The notes under the pieces were generated by a model that did no database searches, was not told where the DNA came from, and worked only from the letters and a program-made list of their open reading frames with translations. Shown piece after piece: positions 1-13,288 of a stretch of DNA of 27,331 bases. Position numbers and translations under genes: made by a program. How positions within the stretch are numbered: the first letter of the stretch is position 1; the number at the start of each line of letters is the position of its first letter. The DNA lies in the NCBI GenBank assembly GCA_043746425.1, contig JAYTRB010000037.1, forward strand, positions 1 to 27,331, written 5' to 3'. This DNA comes from Planctomycetia bacterium (GTDB lineage Bacteria > Planctomycetota > Planctomycetia > Planctomycetales > Planctomycetaceae).

Positions 1-246
1 GTGGCAATTACGGCGGTGGCAGCCTGGGTGATTTTTCGGTTGGTCAATTTCCCCAAGTTTGCCGAATTTTTGATTTCGGTGGAAGCCGAGATGAATAAGG
101 TTTCGTGGGCCAGCAAGCAGGAGTTGTATCGGGCAACGATTGTGGTTTTGAGCACCATGCTGTTCCTGGGAATTGTGTTGTTCGCGTACGACAACGCCTG
201 GTTGTTGATTCTTACGAAAATCGGAGTGCTGCAGCGGGGGTCGTGA
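1..246 (+). CDS. secE: Preprotein translocase subunit SecE (probably 5'-truncated by the window edge)
   Basis: FLISVEAEMNKVSWASKQELYRATIVV matches the SecE ExxKVxWPxxxE-type motif and is followed by a TM helix. It lies directly upstream of nusG. A further hydrophobic stretch precedes the motif, so the true start is likely outside the window. Confidence 0.92.
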   Translation: MAITAVAAWVIFRLVNFPKFAEFLISVEAEMNKVSWASKQELYRATIVVLSTMLFLGIVLFAYDNAWLLILTKIGVLQRGS

Positions 247-378
247 TTGCCGCTGCGGACTTTGCAGCCGCGGTGTGTGAGGCGGGCAGAGTCTCGTTGC
301 GGCGTATCTTGCCGGGTCGCCTGCTGGACGGGTGAGCGGTGTCGGAGAATTGTTATCAAGATGGCAGGGATTTCTGTG

Positions 379-963
379 ATGAATTCAGAAGCGGATGCTG
401 CTGCCGGCGCCGATGGGAATGAAGAAGAGCAGCTGCGCTGGTACGTCTTGAAGGTGCAGAGCAACCGCGAAAAATCGATTCGCGACAATATTTCGCGGCG
501 CGTACGCCGCGAAGGATTAGAGAAGTATTTCGGCGAGATCATCATACCGACTGAGAAGGTTGCCGAGACCAAGGGAGGCAAGAAACGCATCACCGAGCGA
601 AAGCTGTATCCCGGCTACATCATGGTGCAAATGATTCTGAATGACGAGTCGTGGTTTCTGGTGCGTGAGACGAGCGGGGTAGGCGACTTCACCGGCGCGG
701 CGGGCAAGCCGATTGCGATGCAAGATCATGAGATTCAGCGAATGCTCGGTTTGGAAACTGCGAAAGAAGATGTCACGCAGCCGAAGATTAAGATCGACTT
801 CGTCCCGGGCGATCGGGTGAAGATCAAGGAAGGCACGTTTGAGAGTTTTGAAGGAACGGTAGACACGGTTGATGAGGCGAGCGGCCGCGTGAATGTGTTG
901 ATTGAGATCTTTGGCCGGTCGACTCCTGTGGAATTGGAATACTGGCAGATTGAAGCAGTGTAA
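379..963 (+). CDS. nusG: Transcription termination/antitermination factor NusG
   Basis: NGN motifs [13 protein letters not shown] and LYPGYIMV; KOW domain [18 protein letters not shown]...[15 protein letters not shown] 379 chosen because GCAGGGA lies ~8 nt upstream; ATG 361 is an alternative. Confidence 0.96.
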   Translation: MNSEADAAAGADGNEEEQLRWYVLKVQSNREKSIRDNISRRVRREGLEKYFGEIIIPTEKVAETKGGKKRITERKLYPGYIMVQMILNDESWFLVRETSGVGDFTGAAGKPIAMQDHEIQRMLGLETAKEDVTQPKIKIDFVPGDRVKIKEGTFESFEGTVDTVDEASGRVNVLIEIFGRSTPVELEYWQIEAV

Positions 964-1056
964 TAGGAAGTGTGATCTGCACACGTGGTGTGTGGACACG
1001 GCACGGGGAATGTGCCTTCGACGGTTTACTGGCGCGGTTGGCAACAGGCAGGCACG

Positions 1057-1482
1057 ATGGCAAAGCAAGTCACAGCACAAGTCAAGATTCAAGTCACCGG
1101 TGGTCAGGCGACACCGGCCCCCCCGGTGGGGACGGCGCTCGGTCCTCACGGCGTTAATATCGGTCAGTTCGTGATGCAGTTCAATGAGCGGACGAAAGAG
1201 ATGAAAGGAACGACAATTCCCGTTGTCGTCACCATCTACAGCGATCGCTCGTTTGAATTCATTACGAAGAGTCCGCCGGCCGCCGTCTTGTTGAAGCAGG
1301 CAGCACAGGTGGCCAAAGGGGCTGCGAATCCTAAACTCGACAGAGTGGGTAAAGTGACGAAGAGCCAGGTGCTCGACATTGCGAAGGTGAAGTTCAACGA
1401 CATGAACTCGTCATCGCTTGAGCAGGCGGCGCGGGTAATTGCCGGCACGGCCCGCAGTATGGGAATCGACATTGTCGATTAG
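1057..1482 (+). CDS. rplK: 50S ribosomal protein L11
   Basis: MAKQVTAQVKIQVTGGQATPAPPVGTALGPHGVNIGQF...IAGTARSMG. 141 aa from ATG 1057; the ORF-track start at 985 adds non-conserved sequence. Confidence 0.98.
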   Translation: MAKQVTAQVKIQVTGGQATPAPPVGTALGPHGVNIGQFVMQFNERTKEMKGTTIPVVVTIYSDRSFEFITKSPPAAVLLKQAAQVAKGAANPKLDRVGKVTKSQVLDIAKVKFNDMNSSSLEQAARVIAGTARSMGIDIVD

Positions 1483-1502
1483 GGCCGTCGATTAAGGTCT
1501 GG

Positions 1503-1533
1503 TTGACTGTTGAAGCGGGTTGAATGTTAGAGT
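1503..1533 (+). promoter_or_regulatory. Possible internal sigma70-type promoter upstream of rplA
   Basis: TTGACT (1503-1508) and an extended -10-like TGtTAGAGT (1525-1533). The 19-bp spacing is longer than optimal. Confidence 0.2.
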
Positions 1534-1616
1534 CGTGGAATTGTTTTCGGCGGGTTGTCGATCGTTGGAACTCGCGGAAATACATGGCAGGTCATTGAAG
1601 GAAGAAGAGATTCATC

Positions 1617-2321
1617 ATGGCACGGCAATCTAAACGGTTCAAATTTCTCTTGGGGCAGGTGACGAATCTAACCCCCAGCGACGTTGCCTCGGCGGTAGCC
1701 AAACTCAAATCACTTGAGCCCTCGCTGCCGAAGGGAATCAAACCCTGCAAATTCGATCAATCGGTGGAAGTGGCGATTCGTCTGGGCGTCGACACCAAGC
1801 AGGCCGATCAGACCGTGCGTGGCTCGATCGTCCTGCCTCACGGCATTGGCAAATCGAAGCGCGTGCTGGTTTTTGCCCAAGGCGACAATGCCGCCATCGC
1901 CGAAAAGGCGGGCGCCGATTTTGTGGGTGGGGCCGAACTGGCCGAGAAGGTCAAGGGGGGATGGACTGACTTCGACGTGGCAATTGCGACCCCCGACATG
2001 ATGGGGGCCGTGGGCCCGTTGGGCCGTGTATTGGGCCCGCGAGGGTTGATGCCTTCGCCGCGCGCCGGCACGGTGACGCAGGATGTGTTGAACGCGGTTC
2101 GCGAGTACAAAGCGGGAAAGGTTGAATTTCGTGCGGATGCCGCTGGCATCGTGCATTGCGTGGCGGGGAAACTGTCGTTCACTGAAACGCAATTGACCGA
2201 GAATGTCGAAGCACTGCTGAAGCTGATCCGCTCGCTCAAGCCAGCCTCCTCGAAGGGGGTTTACGTTCGCAGTATTACGATCACGGCGACAATGTCGCCT
2301 GGCATTTCGGTTGCGGCCTAG
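1617..2321 (+). CDS. rplA: 50S ribosomal protein L1
   Basis: [58 protein letters not shown]. Confidence 0.98.
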   Translation: MARQSKRFKFLLGQVTNLTPSDVASAVAKLKSLEPSLPKGIKPCKFDQSVEVAIRLGVDTKQADQTVRGSIVLPHGIGKSKRVLVFAQGDNAAIAEKAGADFVGGAELAEKVKGGWTDFDVAIATPDMMGAVGPLGRVLGPRGLMPSPRAGTVTQDVLNAVREYKAGKVEFRADAAGIVHCVAGKLSFTETQLTENVEALLKLIRSLKPASSKGVYVRSITITATMSPGISVAA

Positions 2322-2332
2322 GACGATAAGCC

Positions 2333-2884
2333 ATGAGTAAGAAGATTAAGGATCTGCTGGTAGCCGAACTGCGTGAGCGGATCGGCCAGCACCGCGACAT
2401 TCTGGTAGTCGATTATTCGAAACTGGATGGCGTGAAAGAGAATAATCTGCGTCTCAAGTTGCGGAAGCAGAAGATTACGATGCTGGGAGTCAAGAACGCC
2501 CTGGCGCGCAAGGTGCTGGGCGACCTGGGGCTCTCGGGCCTCAATCCGTTTCTGGCGGGGCCTTCGACGCTGGTGTTCGGTGGCCCAGACATCGTGGCGC
2601 TTTCCAAAGAGATTGCCAAATGGGCCAAAGATCTTGAGCCACTGCAGATTAAGGGGGGGGTCGTCGAGGGAAATTCGATCGATCAGGCCGGTGTTGTGGC
2701 CCTCAGTAAGAGCCCTTCCCGGGAAGAACTCCTGGGAAAAGTCGTCTCCATGTGCCTCGCTCCGGGGGCACTTATCGCTGGAGCGCTTCTGGGCGCCGGC
2801 GGAACGGTGTGCGGTCAGGTCAAATCGATCGCCGAAAAAGAGCCGGATGCAGTACCGGATTCGGCCCCGGTCGCGGCGTCGTAG
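2333..2884 (+). CDS. rplJ: 50S ribosomal protein L10
   Basis: VVDYSKLD...LRLKLR...VKNALAR, LAGPSTLVFG, IKGGVVEG, LSKSPSREELLGKVV. Position between rplA and rplL; AGGA overlapping the rplA stop serves as RBS. Confidence 0.95.
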   Translation: MSKKIKDLLVAELRERIGQHRDILVVDYSKLDGVKENNLRLKLRKQKITMLGVKNALARKVLGDLGLSGLNPFLAGPSTLVFGGPDIVALSKEIAKWAKDLEPLQIKGGVVEGNSIDQAGVVALSKSPSREELLGKVVSMCLAPGALIAGALLGAGGTVCGQVKSIAEKEPDAVPDSAPVAAS

Positions 2885-2959
2885 TGTTTTCGCGTAACCA
2901 TTCATTCACCACCAACGTCTGATTTCTGTAGACCTAACGTAACGAGGGAGATTGATTCC

Positions 2960-3367
2960 ATGTCGACCGCTGAGGCAACAACCAATTTTGACGAATCCAC
3001 GAAGACCCTGGGAGACAAAATCGTCTCATTGACTTTGCTCCAGGCAAAATCGCTGGCTGACTACCTCGAACAAGTGCATGGCATTAAGCCGGCCGGCGGC
3101 GGTGTTATGATGGCGGCAGGTCCGGCGGCGGCTGCGGCAGCCCCGGTCGAAGAGAAGACCGAATTCGACGTGGTTCTGGCGGCCTACGGCGAGAATAAGA
3201 TCGGCGTGATCAAGGTCGTTCGTTCGGCGACGGGTCTGGGATTGAAAGAGGCCAAAGATCTGGTCGAGGCTGCCCCCAAGCCGGTCAAGACAGGGATTTC
3301 CAAAGGAGATGCCGACAAGCTGAAGGCGGAGCTCGAAGCGGCCGGTGCGAAAGTCGAGATCAAGTAA
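2960..3367 (+). CDS. rplL: 50S ribosomal protein L7/L12
   Basis: Ala-rich hinge followed by [10 protein letters not shown]...[24 protein letters not shown]...[11 protein letters not shown]. Confidence 0.98.
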   Translation: MSTAEATTNFDESTKTLGDKIVSLTLLQAKSLADYLEQVHGIKPAGGGVMMAAGPAAAAAAPVEEKTEFDVVLAAYGENKIGVIKVVRSATGLGLKEAKDLVEAAPKPVKTGISKGDADKLKAELEAAGAKVEIK

Positions 3368-3375
3368 CCGGTATC

Positions 3376-3397
3376 CCGATTCGGTCTTTCGAGTCGG
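3376..3397 (+). terminator. Hairpin just after rplL (possible attenuator or mRNA-stabilising stem)
   Basis: CCGATTCG-gtcttt-CGAGTCGG forms an 8-bp stem with one G.U pair, followed only by ATTTG (weak U-tract). Confidence 0.3.
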
Positions 3398-3611
3398 ATT
3401 TGCCGCACCGCAGTCTCACTTGCTTCCGTCCCTTTTGTCGGGGCTCGTCCCTTTATTCAGTGATGGTTCCGCAGCCAGAGATGACGGATCGGATTGGCTC
3501 TTATGGCGTGTGTCCCCTCGCACCGGTGCGGACGGAGGTTTTCGTGCGCGCCCAATCCCGGCGAATGACTCGATCGGCCGAGCTGCGTTTCATCTTCACA
3601 GAGAGCAGAAT

Positions 3612-6600
3612 ATGGCAACACCCGCTGCGCACTTTCTGAAACTTGACCGTGTCCGCAATTTTGGCCGACTCTCAGGTGAGTTTGCGCTTTCCGACCTGAC
3701 GCAGATTCAGACTGAATCGTATGCGCGGTTCCTGCAGCTCGACGCCGATCCGAAACATCGCAAACCGCACGGTCTCGAAGAGATTATGCGGGAGATTTTT
3801 CCGATCACGAGCTACGACGGCCAGCACAAGCTCGATTTCGTCAAATACGAACTTGGAAAGCCGCGCTACACACCTGTCGAATGTCGCCAGTTGCGCCTCA
3901 CCTACGGTCGGCCATTCCGTGTCTGGCTGCGTCTCTTGAAAGAGCAGTCGATCGACGAAGAAGTTTACCTGGGTGACATGCCGATCATGCTGGGCGGCGG
4001 CGAATTCATCATCAATGGTGCCGAGCGCGTCGTCGTGAGCCAGTTGCACCGTTCACCCGGCGTTGATTTTGTTTCCAGTTCTGAGCCTGGCGAGCGTAAA
4101 ACTTTTTCCTGCCGAATCATTCCCGAGCGCGGCAGCTGGATCGAGCTGAACATCGGCAAGCGCGAGACACTTGGCGTGCGCATCGACCAGAGCGGCAAAT
4201 TTTCGTCGATCACGCTGTTGCGCGCCATGAGCCAGGAGTATTCGTCTGACGCGGCCGTGATTCGCTGCTTCTACCCCACCAAGGTCGTCAAGTCGTCGGA
4301 AGCCGACGTGGTCAAGAAATTGACGGGGAAGTTCGCGGCTGATGATGTGATTTACCCGGTTAAGAGCGAACGCTCGGGCGAAATTATCGCCGAGGCCGGG
4401 CAGATGATTTCTGTCGAGTTGGCACAAGAGATTGCTGGTTCGGGAGTCAAGAGCGCCGAAATCATCGACGCCATCACTGACCCGCTGATTCTCAACAGCA
4501 TTCAGGAAGACACGACGACAAGTCACCAGGAAGCGCTCCTGAAGATTTACCAGCGGTTGCGTCCGGGAAATCCCCCGCAGCTCGAAAAGGCAATCGAACT
4601 GTTCCATGAGAAATTCTTCGATGTGAACCGTTACCGGCTGGGGCGGGTGGGGCGATTCCGCATCAACCGCAAGTTCGCGCAGGATGTTCCAGACGATGTC
4701 ATGACGCTGCGGTCAGAAGATTTTATCAATGCCATTCGCTATATTCTGAAACTGCGGGCGGGCGACCCCTCGGTAAGCGTCGATGACATCGACAACCTGG
4801 GCAATCGCCGTTTGCGGACGATTGACGAGCTGGCTTCAGACGAAATCCGCAAAGGATTTCTGAAGCTGCGCCGCACCGTTCAGGAGCGGATGAGCCTTAA
4901 AGACGTGCAGGAAATGTCGCCCCGCACGCTTGTTAATCCCAAGAGTGTGTCGGCGGCGATTGAGTATTTCTTCGGCCGCGGCGAGCTGTCGCAGGTGGTC
5001 GACCAGACCAACCCCCTTTCAACCCTGACGCACGAGCGACGACTAAGCGCCCTGGGCCCCGGCGGCCTTAATCGCAAGCGAGCCGGGTTTGAAGTTCGTG
5101 ACGTTCATATTTCGCACTATGGGCGCATTTGCCCCATCGAGACCCCCGAAGGAACCAACATCGGTTTGATTTCTTCGCTGAGCATGTTTGCCAAAGTCGA
5201 TGATTACGGCTTTCTGATTACCCCCTATCGGATCATCAAGAACGGCAAAGTCACTGAAGAAGTGCGGTGGTTGCGAGCCGACGAAGAGTCGAACGCCTAC
5301 CTTGCTCCGGCAGATACGGCCGTCGTCAACGCCCGGCTGCGCGATGATCGCGTGCTGGTGCGTTATCGCGGCGACTTCGTGCATGTCGACGTCAAGCAGG
5401 TCGAGTTCATGGACGTGGCGCCGTGCCAGATGGTCGGTGTCTCGGCCGGTCTGATTCCGTTTCTCGAGCATGACGACGCCAACCGGGCGTTAATGGGCTC
5501 AAACATGCAGCGGCAGGCCGTGCCGCTGTTGATCACCGAGGCACCGGTTGTGGGCACAGGTCTCGAACGGGCCGTCGCCGAGAACTCGGGTATGCTCATC
5601 AAGGCCGAAAAGGCAGGTACGGTCAACTTCGTCGATGCCACGCGCATTGAGGTCGACGGGCGGATTTACCCGCTGCAGAAGTTCACCGGGCTCAACGAGC
5701 GCACCTGCATGAATCAGAAGCCGATCGTGAAGCTCGGCCAACGGGTCAAGAAGTCGCAGGTCTTGTGCGACAGCGCAGCCACGCGCGACGGCGAACTCTC
5801 GCTGGGCCGCAACGTCCTGGTCGCCTTCATGTCGTGGGAAGGGTACAACTTCGAAGATGCCATCATTCTTTCGGAGCGGCTGGTGAAAGAGGACGTGTAC
5901 ACGTCGATTCACATCGATGAGTTCGACGTCGAAATCCGCGAGACCAAGCTGGGCCGCGAAGAATTCACACGCGATATTCCCAATGTCAGCGAGAAGGCAT
6001 TGCGACATCTTGGGGAAGACGGCGTTGTTCAGGTGGGTACGCGCGTCGAACCGGGCGACATTCTTGTCGGCAAGGTTTCGCCCAAGGCCAAGGCCGAATT
6101 GACCCCTGAAGAGAAATTGCTGCACGCCATTTTTGGCCGGGCCGGCGAAGACGTGAAAAACGAATCGCTGGAAGTTCCCAGCGGTGTCGAGGGCATCGTC
6201 ATCGACACACAGAAGTTCTCGCGCCGCATGAGCCTTACCGAGTCAGAGCGCCGCAAGTTTGAAGCCGAGTTGAAGGTCAAAGAAGACGACGGCAACAAAA
6301 ACATCGCCGAAGTCTTCCGTAAATTCCTGGTCGAGTTCGAGAAGGCTCTCGACCGCAAACTGCAAGACGACGAAGGGCATGTTCTCCGCGACGCCGAAGA
6401 CAAGTTTGTGGCGGCCTATGCCCTCAACTTTAAAGACAACTTCGAGAAGCTCGACATCCGCAGCCCGCAGAAGCGGGCCGACTGCCAGGAAGCCATTAAA
6501 GACCACTGGTCGGCCGTCGAACTGGCGATCGACCTGCGCGACCGTATCGTCAACACGATGAAGCGCGGCGACGAACTGCCCAGCGGCGTGTTGCAGATGG

Positions 6601-7325
6601 TCAAGGTGTATGTGGCCTCGAAACGCGTGATCTCAGTCGGCGACAAAATGGCCGGCCGCCACGGGAACAAGGGTGTGATTTCGAAAGTTCTGCCCATCGA
6701 AGACATGCCCTTTCTGGACGACGGCACACCCGTCGATATTATTCTCAATCCGCTGGGCGTTCCCAGTCGTATGAACGTCGGCCAGATTCTCGAAACACAC
6801 CTGGGCTGGGGCGTCGCCAAACTCGGCTATCGGGCGGTCTGCCCGGTCTTCGACGGTGCGACCGAAGAAGACATTCACGCCGTCTTGATCGAGGCGGGAA
6901 TGCCCGCCGATGGCAAGACCGTACTGTACGATGGACGCACCGGCGATGCATTTGAGCAAAAAGTGACAGTCGGGCAGATTTACATGCTCAAGCTGCACCA
7001 CCTGGTCGACGACAAGGTGCATGCCCGCGCCACCGGTCCTTACTCGCTCATCACCCAGCAGCCTCTGGGTGGCAAAGCCCGTTTCGGCGGCCAGCGCTTC
7101 GGGGAAATGGAAGTCTGGGCGCTCGAGGCCTATGGAGCGGCCTACATTCTGCAAGAACTGCTTACCGTCAAGAGCGACGACGTCGAAGGCCGCACCAAGA
7201 TTTACGAGTCGATGGTTAAGGGCGAGAACACGCTCGAAGCCGGCACCCCCGCCAGCTTCGATGTTCTTAACAACGAAATTCGCGGGTTGGCCCTCAATCT
7301 TCAGCTTGAAAAGAAACGCGTTTGA
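3612..7325 (+). CDS. rpoB: DNA-directed RNA polymerase subunit beta
   Basis: [79 protein letters not shown]. 1237 aa from ATG 3612; the ORF-track extension to 3345 overlaps rplL and is not credible. Confidence 0.99.
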   Translation: MATPAAHFLKLDRVRNFGRLSGEFALSDLTQIQTESYARFLQLDADPKHRKPHGLEEIMREIFPITSYDGQHKLDFVKYELGKPRYTPVECRQLRLTYGRPFRVWLRLLKEQSIDEEVYLGDMPIMLGGGEFIINGAERVVVSQLHRSPGVDFVSSSEPGERKTFSCRIIPERGSWIELNIGKRETLGVRIDQSGKFSSITLLRAMSQEYSSDAAVIRCFYPTKVVKSSEADVVKKLTGKFAADDVIYPVKSERSGEIIAEAGQMISVELAQEIAGSGVKSAEIIDAITDPLILNSIQEDTTTSHQEALLKIYQRLRPGNPPQLEKAIELFHEKFFDVNRYRLGRVGRFRINRKFAQDVPDDVMTLRSEDFINAIRYILKLRAGDPSVSVDDIDNLGNRRLRTIDELASDEIRKGFLKLRRTVQERMSLKDVQEMSPRTLVNPKSVSAAIEYFFGRGELSQVVDQTNPLSTLTHERRLSALGPGGLNRKRAGFEVRDVHISHYGRICPIETPEGTNIGLISSLSMFAKVDDYGFLITPYRIIKNGKVTEEVRWLRADEESNAYLAPADTAVVNARLRDDRVLVRYRGDFVHVDVKQVEFMDVAPCQMVGVSAGLIPFLEHDDANRALMGSNMQRQAVPLLITEAPVVGTGLERAVAENSGMLIKAEKAGTVNFVDATRIEVDGRIYPLQKFTGLNERTCMNQKPIVKLGQRVKKSQVLCDSAATRDGELSLGRNVLVAFMSWEGYNFEDAIILSERLVKEDVYTSIHIDEFDVEIRETKLGREEFTRDIPNVSEKALRHLGEDGVVQVGTRVEPGDILVGKVSPKAKAELTPEEKLLHAIFGRAGEDVKNESLEVPSGVEGIVIDTQKFSRRMSLTESERRKFEAELKVKEDDGNKNIAEVFRKFLVEFEKALDRKLQDDEGHVLRDAEDKFVAAYALNFKDNFEKLDIRSPQKRADCQEAIKDHWSAVELAIDLRDRIVNTMKRGDELPSGVLQMVKVYVASKRVISVGDKMAGRHGNKGVISKVLPIEDMPFLDDGTPVDIILNPLGVPSRMNVGQILETHLGWGVAKLGYRAVCPVFDGATEEDIHAVLIEAGMPADGKTVLYDGRTGDAFEQKVTVGQIYMLKLHHLVDDKVHARATGPYSLITQQPLGGKARFGGQRFGEMEVWALEAYGAAYILQELLTVKSDDVEGRTKIYESMVKGENTLEAGTPASFDVLNNEIRGLALNLQLEKKRV

Positions 7326-7369
7326 AGGGTCTCTCAACCCTCCCCGCACCCGTATCAGGAGAGTAGCCA

Positions 7370-11686
<4,317 letters not shown>

Positions 11687-11688
11687 CA

Positions 11689-11710
11689 CGACGGCCTTTC
11701 GAGGCTGTCG
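11689..11710 (+). other. UUCG-tetraloop hairpin immediately after the rpoC stop
   Basis: CGACGGCCT-TTCG-AGGCTGTCG forms a 9-bp stem with one G.U pair and no clear U-tract. Confidence 0.5.
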
Positions 11711-11741
11711 CGACTGTTCTCTCGGCACTGATATTGATTTC

Positions 11742-11790
11742 AAAACCCAGGCCCGGCCGCACTCTACTGTGCTGCCGGGCTGTTTTATTT
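11742..11790. terminator. Probable bidirectional intrinsic terminator between the convergent rpoC and SGNH genes
   Basis: GCCCGGC (11751-57) pairs with GCCGGGC (11774-80), with an inner GCAC/GTGC stem. TGTTTTATTT follows on +, and AAAA at 11742-45 gives a T-run on -. Confidence 0.65.
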
Positions 11791-11915
11791 CGAACCCCGG
11801 CAAGCGCTCCGGCAATCAACGCAAACCTATCGCCGCTGAAGTCAAGCCGCTCCATGACGCCGACCCGAACCGCCATCGCACACAATCAGCCTTTCCGGAC
11901 AAAGCGACACCGTTT

Positions 11916-13046
11916 CTACCGGGCCATCGCGGCACGGGCCGCCTTCCAGTCGCCGAGCCGCCGTTCGATGACAGGCCAGAAGTTATCCACCAGCCGCTGG
12001 CTTCCGGCCTCAGAGCAATGGCATGGGTCGACGAACAGCCACCCCTCGCCGGGCATCAATTCGCGTTGATCAATGAATGACACTTCGGGATGTTGGGCGG
12101 CCAGGTCGCGGATCACGTCGTTCTGGGCGTCGATGGTGGCGGCGACATATTCGGGCTTGCCCCACAAGGTGGCCCCGCAACTGGCGCCATCAGGCCGGTA
12201 GCTGTAATCGAGTGCGTGGCTCGCGAATCGTTCATCTGAGTAATCTTCCGGAATGTGATAGGCAAATGTCGACAACACGACGGCATCGCCGCGGGCCGCT
12301 GCGATATTCACGATTTCGGCCAGATTCTGCCTTATCGTTCGATCGGTCTTGATCTCACGCCCAAATTCACGCATGTGATCGTCAACGAACTGCAAAAAAA
12401 TGGTCGCATGCACAAGACCTGCCTGGTCGCGAAGACGAGCGGGGGCCGCGATCGTTCCGGCGTCAATGTGCTTCTGCATGTCGTGGTACCAGGAACAATG
12501 CGTGTAGTCGTCTCGAAACAGCTCCCGCGGACAACAGTTCATGCGAACATCGTTAATGCCGTCGTAGACAATCACCACTTCAAACTGTTGGCCCGCAAGC
12601 TGCCAATATTTCAGCAGGCTGTCGCGTGACGTGTGACCCTGGCTGGCGAGATTGATGACCCGAAAGCGGTCTCCGATTGTCGCTCGAAGTCTTGCTGTCA
12701 GACGTCGTTCGACACTTCCCCAGTCATCCTCGAGCACAGAACCACCCAGGAGCAATACGTCGAAGCGATCGTCGTCGTGCCGCAAAGACGCGTCGTGCAA
12801 GCCCGACTGACGCAGCTTCGGGTAGTAGATGTCCCAGGTGGTTACGGCTTCCGCAAGCGGCACTCCGGCAAAATACAACCAGAACAATTTGATTCCCGTA
12901 ACCGCCAGTCCCCAGCAGAACACGAGATAAACCACAACAAACAGAATTCTGCGCCGCCGACTGTGCGGCAGATGCACCCAGCGGCGGGTCGGTTGCGGTT
13001 GCAAGCCGACTTCGATGAGGCCCGAAGAATTCGGCGAGTCAGACAT
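11916..13046 (-). CDS. Membrane-anchored SGNH/GDSL hydrolase family protein
   Basis: N-terminal basic stretch plus TM helix. SGNH blocks I LLLGGSV, II NLASQGHTS, III YDGINDV and V FVDPCH. Start at ATG 13046 is uncertain (ORF track gives 13073). Confidence 0.78.
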   Translation of the reverse strand: MSDSPNSSGLIEVGLQPQPTRRWVHLPHSRRRRILFVVVYLVFCWGLAVTGIKLFWLYFAGVPLAEAVTTWDIYYPKLRQSGLHDASLRHDDDRFDVLLLGGSVLEDDWGSVERRLTARLRATIGDRFRVINLASQGHTSRDSLLKYWQLAGQQFEVVIVYDGINDVRMNCCPRELFRDDYTHCSWYHDMQKHIDAGTIAAPARLRDQAGLVHATIFLQFVDDHMREFGREIKTDRTIRQNLAEIVNIAAARGDAVVLSTFAYHIPEDYSDERFASHALDYSYRPDGASCGATLWGKPEYVAATIDAQNDVIRDLAAQHPEVSFIDQRELMPGEGWLFVDPCHCSEAGSQRLVDNFWPVIERRLGDWKAARAAMAR

Positions 13047-13231
13047 GAGCGAATATTTGAAACCCAGTACCATGAAAATCGGACACTGGCAGACACCATT
13101 TTTTTCGATCGGGTGCCCGCAAGTTCCTTCGCGGTTTCAATTCTCATTTGACCGCTCTTATTTTGCAATCGCATTCACGGCGAGCTGCTGCCCGACCCCC
13201 CCCTGCCTGAGCGAAGCGCCCTCCTTTTGAT

Positions 13232-13260
13232 TTGCTTTGTCGGCACCGATTCCAGACAAT
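13232..13260 (+). promoter_or_regulatory. Possible sigma70-type promoter for the DUF1549/DUF1553 gene
   Basis: TTGCTT (13232-37), 17 bp, GACAAT (13255-60), ending ~29 nt upstream of the RBS-supported ATG. Confidence 0.25.
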
Positions 13261-13288
13261 CAAGTTATCTCGCAAGGAGTACCCGTGT

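Noticed and set aside
3345-3611. 89-aa N-terminal extension of RpoB in the ORF track
   Set aside because: It overlaps rplL and has no RpoB-like character; recognisable sequence begins after ATG 3612.
3400-3639. 79-aa TTG-start ORF as an rpoB leader peptide
   Set aside because: No RBS, no recognisable motif, and it overlaps the rpoB start in another frame.
6230-6570. Helical insertion in RpoB before GDELPSGV
   Set aside because: It is at the position of the known beta-i9/SI2-type lineage-specific insertion.
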